Of a stretch of 20,000 nucleotides of DNA, positions 8,627-16,972 are shown one piece after another; within the stretch, counting starts at the first letter, position 1, and the number at the start of each line of letters is the position of its first letter. The notes beneath the pieces were generated by a model, which was not told the origin of the DNA, did no database searches, and saw only the letters and a program-made list of their open reading frames with translations. Location of the stretch: the IMG/VR virus record IMGVR_UViG_3300043438_001628; one strand, 5' to 3'. This DNA is from an uncultured virus (IMG/VR IMGVR_UViG_3300043438_001628). Taxonomy: Duplodnaviria; Heunggongvirae; Uroviricota; Caudoviricetes. The position numbers and the translations under genes are program-made.

Positions 8627-10843
8627 ATGGAAACTGTTATTAAATCATTATCATCGTTGACTTCTAAAATATGGAAGTCAAACATGGATAACACATCGTA
8701 TAAACAGGTTAAGCGAACTTACCAAGACGGGTTCTCTTTTAATTTTCCATTCGCTTTATCGGGATTCAACGATTTTAAAACGAAAGAATACTCCAACTTA
8801 TATCTAACCACAAATATGCAGGCGTCTTGGTTCATGGATTTAGATGATTCAACTATATCTGCTCCAAAATTGATGACATACTTACAAAGTGGGTCGTTGT
8901 ATTTATCTAGACCAAATCCTTCAAGCACAACATTCGACAGCTTTGCCATCAAATTCGACGAAGAACTAAGTGACAACACATATTTTGATATTGAATTTCA
9001 CATACCTAATTTATGCACAGTTTCATTCGTGGATTCTGGCAAGAAATACTTTTTAGCAAATGATGCAGGCTCTTTGAAATTTATTTGGGATGTTCATTTA
9101 CCAACAGCGATAAACGCAGCCAATCCGCAGTATTTTAAGTGTGTTTATAACGACAAAAAAGAGTTATATCTGATTAAAGACATAAATGGGAATAATAACT
9201 TAGTTAAAAAGACTGATGATACATTAACTTTCGTCGAACTGAGTGCAGGTAATAAAACTCTAATACTGAACAACTACTTCAAAGTATCTAGAAATAATGA
9301 GTATATCTTAAACAGAACACCCAACAGCTCTTTTATAACATATTTAAATAATTCAAATGATATAGATTATTCTAAAAGTGTTTTTGATCTTAATAATAAC
9401 TTTTTAATACATTCTCCATATTCATCTGAATACAAAGATGTAATAGTTCTCAAAAATCAACTGAGCGTGAATGAAACATTCACAAACGCTCAGAATTTAC
9501 TATCATCCGGTTATGATATCGCAGTTGATAATTTCAGAAACTATACCAGTATAACATCCCCAATAGATTCTGAAAATTCTTCTGAAATCAATTTAAATTA
9601 TGTGTTTTATAACAAACCTTATGTTATAAGACAGGGAATTACAGAATTTGATGCTCCATCCAGCATGTATCCATTTTCAAATTTGAATATTAATGATAGT
9701 AGGTTCATCGACGCTGGAGCATACGCATTCGATACTCCTCTATATGCAGACAAAGTGTTTCAATTAAACACAAATAACTATGCAAATGACGGAAAAACAT
9801 ACTTATGCACTTGGTTATCTGGATCAAACTCCAATAAAGTATGGGTTGATAGATATTATTACCCGGATTTAATATCAAAACGAGCAGCACTTTCACAAAA
9901 ATGCGTATTCGATATAACTTACGAGCAAGCTATTGAAAAACTAATAGCCACTAACAGTTCATTGAGTTCAACAATCGCAAAAACTGCAATTTTTGATAAA
10001 AGAAGCGATTTAAGCTTTAAACCTAATCAAAAATACACATATCACAGATTTGACAACAGTGCAATATTCGAAACTATATCAGCAACTAATACAGTAGCGT
10101 GTGGTGTGAATATAGTGCCTTACAATTATCAATCACTGATCAACGATTCTGGTAAAGTAACCATATCGTTTTATTTCAAAGGAGACGATCCTGAATGGAC
10201 AATCCAAAGTCTTCGAAATAACATAGACGCAGGTGTTAAAATCACAAAAACATTCGATCAACTATATTTTGAATATAAATTATTCGACAATTCAAATAAT
10301 CAAACCTTGATTTTCTCCACAACTACATCATATAAAAAATATAAAGACAACTTTATATGCTTCAGCTATGATGCATTGACAGGAATTGGATTCTTTTTCT
10401 TAAACAATCAAAAAATTCTGGATATAAACACGGTAATCGGTCAATTTTCAAATAAAACTCTATTATATGGAAAGTTGTATTATAATGACCAAGATATTTT
10501 CACAGTGAATGCTATAACTTCTGATATTTTCATATCTGATGAAAAAATAGATGAAAATTTAGCATTCATATTGCCTTTTATTCAAAATAGACAGACTGTT
10601 GATGATATAACAATAACGCTTCCTTGTGGAATGCGTAATTCAATTGATGATATCACATACCTACAAATGATATGCAACAACAACACGAATAAGAGTAATT
10701 TTATAAATATTTCGATTGATAATATAGGAATAAGCAATCCTGATACTTTAAAAGATCTAGAATCTACTATGTTGGATAAACTTAAACGCCATATCCCAGC
10801 AACTTCCACTATAAATAAAATAAAATTCACAAACTATATATGA
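8627..10843 (+). CDS. Large hypothetical virion protein with possible LamG/concanavalin-A-like domain (738 aa)
   Basis: The segment VTISFYFK...NFICFSYDALTGIGFFFLNNQKI resembles the LamG pattern FTISxWxK...HxxxxYDxxxGxxxxYxNG. Baseplate context. Confidence 0.65.
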   Translation: METVIKSLSSLTSKIWKSNMDNTSYKQVKRTYQDGFSFNFPFALSGFNDFKTKEYSNLYLTTNMQASWFMDLDDSTISAPKLMTYLQSGSLYLSRPNPSSTTFDSFAIKFDEELSDNTYFDIEFHIPNLCTVSFVDSGKKYFLANDAGSLKFIWDVHLPTAINAANPQYFKCVYNDKKELYLIKDINGNNNLVKKTDDTLTFVELSAGNKTLILNNYFKVSRNNEYILNRTPNSSFITYLNNSNDIDYSKSVFDLNNNFLIHSPYSSEYKDVIVLKNQLSVNETFTNAQNLLSSGYDIAVDNFRNYTSITSPIDSENSSEINLNYVFYNKPYVIRQGITEFDAPSSMYPFSNLNINDSRFIDAGAYAFDTPLYADKVFQLNTNNYANDGKTYLCTWLSGSNSNKVWVDRYYYPDLISKRAALSQKCVFDITYEQAIEKLIATNSSLSSTIAKTAIFDKRSDLSFKPNQKYTYHRFDNSAIFETISATNTVACGVNIVPYNYQSLINDSGKVTISFYFKGDDPEWTIQSLRNNIDAGVKITKTFDQLYFEYKLFDNSNNQTLIFSTTTSYKKYKDNFICFSYDALTGIGFFFLNNQKILDINTVIGQFSNKTLLYGKLYYNDQDIFTVNAITSDIFISDEKIDENLAFILPFIQNRQTVDDITITLPCGMRNSIDDITYLQMICNNNTNKSNFINISIDNIGISNPDTLKDLESTMLDKLKRHIPATSTINKIKFTNYI

Positions 10844-12549
10844 TTTCTTATTTCAAATACGATAATGGAAATGCATTCACCATCGACGGAGTGCCATATT
10901 CTGGATATTTCCATGTTTTGAATGGATCTGCATTCTCTGGAAAGAAACCGCTGGGCGATTCTCGTCAATTATCAGCTAATGGTAATTTTTTAAGTGATTT
11001 ATTCATAAGTAAAGCGGTTTTTGATGGCGTTACGCCGAGTATCGATTTAGCTATACCGAATGCGCTGGATATTTTAAACGATAACACATTAACTGAATTA
11101 TTAACTAGAGTTGATGATAATAATTTAAAAATATACCAAAATAGTATATTTATAAATCCAAATAACCTACCATACGACTATAAAAATACATATTTTTACA
11201 CATTAACATCAACGGAAGCTGATATCAGAACTCCTGATGATTTAATGTATGGTAAAAATGTATATACCCACAGTGATCCATTCAGTTATTCCGAAGAATG
11301 GGCATTTTTGGATAGAGTCACCACTGGATCTTTTATAGTTGATAAAGATGATAATTTCATATATTATTGCGTAGCAGATAACATTACATATACTTTAAGC
11401 GGAACTTTCAACGATCCATCTAAAAAATTAGCAGTGATATCACAATCACCTATAACAGATAATCTAAAAATAGAACAAGATTATGACACTAATGAGTTAT
11501 TCTTTTATAAAGAAGATTCATTATCAATATACGACTTATCAAAATATGAAGATTGCAATAATCTATTCTTAAAAGATCAAATATCACTTTCAGCGACTTC
11601 AGAAACCATACCATACTATGCAATGGGATATAATAAACGAAGCGAATATGTGAATGATGTCATTTATATAAAAAATAAATATTCCAACGAGATATTTTTA
11701 ACACTGCCGCTGTATCAACTCAACTTGGATCAATTAATAGGGATAGATATAAGAAAAGAGGATGACAATATCATCATCGTCGGTAAAAAAGACGAAAAGA
11801 CTTACTTTATATTTTTTGATAGTGATAATTACACCGAAACTTTCAGATATGAGGAATTATTATATTCTGAAAATACCACTGCTATTAAATTTTCGGATGA
11901 AGATTCGGATTTCTTCTACTTGATAAAGTCTATAGATAAAATAGACGCATCCGCTGAAGAAAGACCGGATACTGAAATTCGATCATTGCTGAATATCAAC
12001 AATCGATTGTCTAAAACTAGATCATCTAACTTTTTCTATATAAGTGACTATCTTTTCAATACAACTGAAGAAAAAATTAACACTATTCAAATAAAATTCA
12101 ATTCAAATCGAATGAAATCGAATAGTTATAACAACTTGACATATACAACACTGCAAAAGAACGGTTATTTGTATTTCATTATGCATAATATAGGGCGTTT
12201 ATATGTTTCAAAAACTAAAACTTCACTATATCAAAATTTTGTACCTCTAAATTTAGATAAAAAATTCGAGAAATTCAATTGTAATTACAGCAGTTTAGGA
12301 TTATCTTTTAATTCCGCAATTCTAAACTTAATCAGAGATACTTTAAACATAGCAACCGCTGTTGAAAAGGTTAAAACATCAATGGGCGATCTAGCTAATC
12401 CTCTAGATTCGCTCATTCCAACTCCCGAATTACAATTTCAGCTAGAAAATCTATTTTTAAACGGAAACGAAACTATTAATGTTGTTTCTTTACAGCGAAT
12501 ATTCACTATCATAAATGATCTACAAAAGAAATTAGTGCATTTATCTTGA
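10840..12549 (+). CDS. Hypothetical virion protein (569 aa), beta-rich centre and helical C-terminus
   Basis: ATGA overlap with the upstream gene and structural-module context. No family recognised with confidence. Confidence 0.65.
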   Translation: MISYFKYDNGNAFTIDGVPYSGYFHVLNGSAFSGKKPLGDSRQLSANGNFLSDLFISKAVFDGVTPSIDLAIPNALDILNDNTLTELLTRVDDNNLKIYQNSIFINPNNLPYDYKNTYFYTLTSTEADIRTPDDLMYGKNVYTHSDPFSYSEEWAFLDRVTTGSFIVDKDDNFIYYCVADNITYTLSGTFNDPSKKLAVISQSPITDNLKIEQDYDTNELFFYKEDSLSIYDLSKYEDCNNLFLKDQISLSATSETIPYYAMGYNKRSEYVNDVIYIKNKYSNEIFLTLPLYQLNLDQLIGIDIRKEDDNIIIVGKKDEKTYFIFFDSDNYTETFRYEELLYSENTTAIKFSDEDSDFFYLIKSIDKIDASAEERPDTEIRSLLNINNRLSKTRSSNFFYISDYLFNTTEEKINTIQIKFNSNRMKSNSYNNLTYTTLQKNGYLYFIMHNIGRLYVSKTKTSLYQNFVPLNLDKKFEKFNCNYSSLGLSFNSAILNLIRDTLNIATAVEKVKTSMGDLANPLDSLIPTPELQFQLENLFLNGNETINVVSLQRIFTIINDLQKKLVHLS

Positions 12550-12566
12550 AAAGCGTTTTTTAAGCA

Positions 12567-12572
12567 TAAATA
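12567..12572 (+). promoter_or_regulatory. Putative late-promoter core TAAATA
   Basis: Intergenic CATAAATA, 6 nt before ATG 12579. Confidence 0.6.
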
Positions 12573-12578
12573 CAACTA

Positions 12579-13256
12579 ATGAAATCATTTACTGATCAGT
12601 TTATATCTGATTTATATGGATCTATGTTACATGTTGAAACTCCATCATTGACAGGGGTTGATGTAGTGTATGATGGACTCGGCAATGCATCGTCCTTATC
12701 AGTGGGATTATCAGGAGAAGGCGCTAGAATAACAGGAGCGCTGACAAGTGGCAATGTAGTGTATCCTACTTACCCATCTTTGATTAATTTCATTGATTAC
12801 ATTTATCCAATCGGCTCTTGTTTGCTATCTCTAGACAACGCAAACCCATCAATTAGATTATTAGGCACAGTTTGGACGCAAGTCGGTCAAGGTCGTGTAA
12901 TCACTGGCGTAGGAACTGGAACAGACAGCAACGGTGTGGCAAGAACTGTGACATCTGGAAACAATAGCGGCGGTCTTTATCAACAAACACTTTCAGCATC
13001 CAATATACCTGACCACTTTCACTATATAGCAAATACCGTTTCAGATCACAGCACCGATAAAGATTTACTGACTCCTGATAATTATATGGCTCTTGGCGGT
13101 CGGGCAGCAGCAAGCAATTATGCATATGAATTAGAGGGAAACTCTCTAATCCCCACAGTAGGCAAAACATCTGGATTAATCGGAGCAAATCAAACATCAC
13201 CAGTCACAACAACAAACCCAACATACGGAGTGTATATTTGGACTAGAATTTCATAA
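12579..13256 (+). CDS. Baseplate/tail protein with T4 gp10 C-terminal-like domain (225 aa)
   Basis: YIYPIGS...ANPSIRLLGTVWTQVGQGRVITGVG...TLSASNIPDHFH...NPTYGVYIWTRIS matches the YPIGS / W...G.GRV..G / HxH / P...VY.W.R pattern of that domain. Confidence 0.8.
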   Translation: MKSFTDQFISDLYGSMLHVETPSLTGVDVVYDGLGNASSLSVGLSGEGARITGALTSGNVVYPTYPSLINFIDYIYPIGSCLLSLDNANPSIRLLGTVWTQVGQGRVITGVGTGTDSNGVARTVTSGNNSGGLYQQTLSASNIPDHFHYIANTVSDHSTDKDLLTPDNYMALGGRAAASNYAYELEGNSLIPTVGKTSGLIGANQTSPVTTTNPTYGVYIWTRIS

Positions 13257-13258
13257 TT

Positions 13259-14317
13259 ATGGCAGACATCTCAATTATAAAACTTAAAGTTAGACGAGGA
13301 ACCGATTCCCAGCGTCAAAGAATAATATTAGATCAGGGTGAATTAGGATTCACCACTGATACACAACGACTTTTCATCGGAAATGGCAGTTTATCAGGTG
13401 GAGTGGTCGCTGGTAATATCACACATCCATTTTCAGAAACTTCAGGAAGTCGAATTAATTTAAGCAATGCCGTTCGAGGTGATATTGTAAATGAAAATGG
13501 ATTTTTATATCAGCTATCTGGTGCAAACTACAATCAATTATCAGCGTGGGTATTTATAGGATCTAAACCCGACAATTCATCCATTGAGTATAATGACAAT
13601 AGAGAACTCCAGATTAAAAACAACGGAATAGGAGCTACTAAATTTGCAGCAAACGCCGCATACAACATGGGTGGATTGGTAGCCACTCCAACAAATGGAT
13701 TGTCTGCGAATGTGGATGGAATTACATTAACTGTAACTTCAACTAATCAGTTATCAGTATTTAGAATCACCCAAAATCAAATACAATCATCAGCACTTGG
13801 AGATGGATTAACTGGTGGAAGTGGATCTCCGTTAAAATTAAATATCGGAACTGGATTAGGATTCAGCAGCGGTGTTCTTACATTAACAGGAGCATCTACG
13901 AATTCAGTAGGCGCAAGTGCTATAAGCCAAGACGCAATCGGGTCTGGTTTGTCATTGAGTGCTGGTAAATTAATTGCTGATATCAGAACAGTCAACATAT
14001 CAGCATTTTCATTGAATTCTGGTCAATTAAACTTGTTAGCTAGAACTGCTGCATCGCCTAAATTTGCAAATATCTCATACAACGATAATGGTATTATCAC
14101 TGGATATACATCAACAATAACACAAACATTCACAGGAGCTGAATCTACATCATCCCCGCTGTCGGTGTTCAATGGTCATATATCTCAAACCGTATATACC
14201 AATCAGAGCATTTTTAATGTTCTTTCGGGGACATCCGCAATATCATTATCATCAGCTGGATTTGCGGTTATAGATACAGCACTTGGCCAATTCGCTATCC
14301 CGATGTTTAAATTCTAA
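13259..14317 (+). CDS. Tail fibre protein 1 with Mtd-N/hyaluronidase-N-type anchor domain (352 aa)
   Basis: KLKVRRGT...LDQGELGFTTDTQRLFIGNG N-terminus, followed by a Gly/Ser-rich shaft with GDGL/GTGL/GSGL repeats. Confidence 0.8.
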   Translation: MADISIIKLKVRRGTDSQRQRIILDQGELGFTTDTQRLFIGNGSLSGGVVAGNITHPFSETSGSRINLSNAVRGDIVNENGFLYQLSGANYNQLSAWVFIGSKPDNSSIEYNDNRELQIKNNGIGATKFAANAAYNMGGLVATPTNGLSANVDGITLTVTSTNQLSVFRITQNQIQSSALGDGLTGGSGSPLKLNIGTGLGFSSGVLTLTGASTNSVGASAISQDAIGSGLSLSAGKLIADIRTVNISAFSLNSGQLNLLARTAASPKFANISYNDNGIITGYTSTITQTFTGAESTSSPLSVFNGHISQTVYTNQSIFNVLSGTSAISLSSAGFAVIDTALGQFAIPMFKF

Positions 14318-14320
14318 ATA
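14315..14320 (+). promoter_or_regulatory. Putative late-promoter core TAAATA, overlapping the upstream stop codon
   Basis: 10 nt before ATG 14331, a longer spacing than the others. Confidence 0.4.
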
Positions 14321-14330
14321 TTTATAATAT

Positions 14331-15851
14331 ATGTCAAATTCAATTGAAATTTTCCAAAACACTCTATTAAAGCTTATCGTGAGACAGGGGGAAGACTCTG
14401 ATCGGAAGCTAATTTTATTAGATACCGGCGAATTGGGTTATGCTACTGATACAAAGCGACTTTTTATAGGAGATGGAGAAACCACGGGCGGAAACGCTGT
14501 TGGAAATAAATATCTAGGAGATGGTGTTCCGACTTCAGTTGGTTCAGCTGCTCAAATTGGTGATTTAGTGTTTGATCCAACTGCTAAAATACTGTATAAA
14601 TTCAATGGTGGTGTATATGACAATCCAGCTAATTGGCTAGCTGTGGGAGCGATATACAGCGCGGGAGAATCATTACAATTCCAAAGCTCAAACAACACCA
14701 TATCATTGAGCAGCAGCATTTCGGTGGATAGAGTAACGCAGCGTAGCAGTGCATATCTAAATTTACCGGAAAAAACATCATTAAATTCCGTAAACTACAA
14801 TTGGCCAATCGGCGGATTGCAAAATAATCTATTCTTAGGAACTGACGCCTTCGGAAATTTAAGCTGGAAGACTCCACTACCACTGAACACCTATTATGTA
14901 GCTAATTCAGCTAGTAGAATTCCAGTGGGTATGATCACGCCATTCGTATCCGGGGGAGATATACCGTATGGATGGTTGTTGTGCAATGGTCAGCCTGTTC
15001 TCGGAGCAACATATCCAGTATTGTCAGCAGCTATAGGAACCAGATACGGTGGCAGCGGTGGATCTTTTAATTTGCCCGACTTCACAAACAGAACACTGTA
15101 TGGTGTTGTTACTGATCCAGCAACATCAACAACTTTCCGTTTAGCGAGTGGTACCACTATTGGATTAAGTGCGGTTGGAACTAATTTTATCATCAAAGCA
15201 ATTCCTGATAATATCGTTACATCAACTATTACAGTACTAAGTTCGTTATCCGCCACTGTTGGCGGAATCAACATAACAGGCACAGCAGTGACTACACTGA
15301 CTGGAAATATTGAAATTGGGTTAGCTCCTATTATATCACCTGTAGAAATCCAAACACCGTTTAATATTGATCAATATGGTCGTGTAAGTTCAGTTCCTGT
15401 GACAAATGCTGGAATAATTGCTGGGACTGTAATTAATCCTTCAAGTTACATAAAATTTCTAACAACACCAATTAAAGTAATAGATATAACAGACAATTTC
15501 ACATTTAAAGATAATATAACAGTATTCCCGATTATTCCCGGAATACCTGCAAATGCAAAAACTGTAATCTTGGATTCTTATATCTCAAATACCAACAACG
15601 ATCAATATGTTATTGTTTGTGCATCTTATGATAAATCAAATTTACATTCGATTACAGGCGATGATGTTGTAGGAACCGCAGAATACTTAGTGAGCAGAAT
15701 TAGATCAGCTGATTATGGAGCTGGCGTTGTCGCAAATCAATGCATGATACCTCTCAGTTCAAATGGTGTGACATCATCTTTCGGACTAAGAGTAGCTGCT
15801 GAAAATGTATGGGATAATGGCTTCGTTCGTGTAATTGGATACACCCTATAA
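14331..15851 (+). CDS. Tail fibre protein 2 with Mtd-N-type anchor and phage tail-collar domain (506 aa)
   Basis: N-terminus KLIVRQGE...LDTGELGYATDTKRLFIGDG. Collar motif IPVGMITPF...IPYGWLLCNGQ...YPVLSAAIGTRYGG...FNLPDF...NFIIKA. Confidence 0.88.
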   Translation: MSNSIEIFQNTLLKLIVRQGEDSDRKLILLDTGELGYATDTKRLFIGDGETTGGNAVGNKYLGDGVPTSVGSAAQIGDLVFDPTAKILYKFNGGVYDNPANWLAVGAIYSAGESLQFQSSNNTISLSSSISVDRVTQRSSAYLNLPEKTSLNSVNYNWPIGGLQNNLFLGTDAFGNLSWKTPLPLNTYYVANSASRIPVGMITPFVSGGDIPYGWLLCNGQPVLGATYPVLSAAIGTRYGGSGGSFNLPDFTNRTLYGVVTDPATSTTFRLASGTTIGLSAVGTNFIIKAIPDNIVTSTITVLSSLSATVGGINITGTAVTTLTGNIEIGLAPIISPVEIQTPFNIDQYGRVSSVPVTNAGIIAGTVINPSSYIKFLTTPIKVIDITDNFTFKDNITVFPIIPGIPANAKTVILDSYISNTNNDQYVIVCASYDKSNLHSITGDDVVGTAEYLVSRIRSADYGAGVVANQCMIPLSSNGVTSSFGLRVAAENVWDNGFVRVIGYTL

Positions 15852-15857
15852 TGAAAT

Positions 15858-16529
15858 ATGAGCTTCCCATCCGATGTCAGATTACCAAGTAATGCAAAAT
15901 ATGTAGCATTCGTCGATGATAAAAAAGAGTTTAATCCAAATTATGATATTATTTGGAGCTTTCAATATGCTATAACGGGAACAGAAGCTGGATTTTCCAC
16001 CTTTTTAACCTCGAAAACTCCAGATTTAACGGCTATTCCGGGTCATTACCTTGGATACAGTGGAAATATGCAAACTGGCGGTATATGCATAGCATTTGAT
16101 ACAACTGGATTGTTTGCGTTATCTTCCAGTACTAGAAAAGGAGTCGGATTAAATAGCATAAAGAGAAACAGCATCATTATCAGAGATAATAATGACAATA
16201 TCACACTGTATGAATCTTTATCAAATTTAAATTCGACATTTTTTATAACAGCGTCGTCTAAATCATATAAAACTATGAGATTTAGATACACAAACACTAA
16301 TAAAATTGGAATAGACTTTAAATTAGATAACAGCAGTGCGTATACTGAACTAACTTCGATAACTTTAGAGTCTAATCCTGAAAATTTAAGTGATTTAGTT
16401 CCGGGATTTGCATTTTCATCTCCCGTTTCGTCTTTGAATACTCCGGGAGGTTTATTTTTGAAAAATTTCCACACACAAGGAACTGATTCAACTGAGACTG
16501 TAGAAATTTTACCGTTTACTAGAATTTAA
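15858..16529 (+). CDS. Legume (L-type) lectin/ConA-like fold protein (223 aa)
   Basis: WSFQYAI...AGFSTFL...GHYLGYSG...ICIAFDT...PGFAFSS parallels the L-lectin pattern F.F.I...DGfaF.L...LGY...vAvEFDT...vGFsasT. Confidence 0.6.
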   Translation: MSFPSDVRLPSNAKYVAFVDDKKEFNPNYDIIWSFQYAITGTEAGFSTFLTSKTPDLTAIPGHYLGYSGNMQTGGICIAFDTTGLFALSSSTRKGVGLNSIKRNSIIIRDNNDNITLYESLSNLNSTFFITASSKSYKTMRFRYTNTNKIGIDFKLDNSSAYTELTSITLESNPENLSDLVPGFAFSSPVSSLNTPGGLFLKNFHTQGTDSTETVEILPFTRI

Positions 16530-16531
16530 TT

Positions 16532-16954
16532 ATGGCTGATGAAAGTAGCACAAGTTCAACTACGGAAACGAGTTCGAGTACTAGTAGTACATCAAGCAGC
16601 ACTAGTACATCAAGCAGTACTAGTACATCAACTAGCACAACAGCTGGACCAAATCCACCAATTCCAGTATCTACAACATGTTATCCATGTTTAAGTTGCC
16701 CTGATTTGATCATAGAAACACCTCCGACGCCTATATCATTAACAACTAAATCTCCATCAGGTAATAATACACTCCCACCAATCGTTAAAGTCGTAGTGCC
16801 AGTATCATTCCCGCTTTCGAACCCGGACAATATAGCATCCACAACGGAGACAACAGCCACGACAACACAGACAACACAGACTCCGACTACGGAAACTTCG
16901 TCTAGTTCAATACAACCATGCAAAGATAAAAAGTGTAATATATTAGGATATTAA
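16532..16954 (+). CDS. Mucin-like Ser/Thr/Pro-rich protein A (140 aa)
   Basis: N-terminal S/T tract, CYPCLSC motif, LPPIVKVVVP, second Thr tract, C-terminal CKDKKCNILGY. Third codon positions vary within the S/T tracts. No signal peptide or TM segment evident. Confidence 0.8.
   Translation: MADESSTSSTTETSSSTSSTSSSTSTSSSTSTSTSTTAGPNPPIPVSTTCYPCLSCPDLIIETPPTPISLTTKSPSGNNTLPPIVKVVVPVSFPLSNPDNIASTTETTATTTQTTQTPTTETSSSSIQPCKDKKCNILGY
16585..16631 (+). repeat. 18-bp tandem repeat (TAGTACATCAAGCAGYAC, about 2.6 copies) encoding STSSST
   Basis: Copies at 16585-16602, 16603-16620 and a partial copy at 16621-16631. Confidence 0.85.
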
Positions 16955-16972
16955 AATATCAAAATTTACAGT

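Noticed and set aside
12549..12562. AAAAGCGTTTTTT as an intrinsic terminator
   Set aside because: There is no GC-rich stem, so it is too weak to call.
934..13256. Bacterial contractile injection system (T6SS/eCIS) instead of a phage
   Set aside because: The T4-type gp6, T4-like late-promoter cores, phage-type small genes and absence of host or secretion genes favour a lytic phage genome.
14507..14568. TAAATA plus AGGAG plus ATG inside fibre 2
   Set aside because: The ATG is out of frame and opens only 15 codons, which is consistent with chance in AT-rich DNA.
13259..15851. Diversity-generating retroelement suggested by the Mtd-N-like domains
   Set aside because: There is no reverse transcriptase and no pair of near-identical repeats differing at adenines in the window. 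Mtd-N is only an anchor domain.
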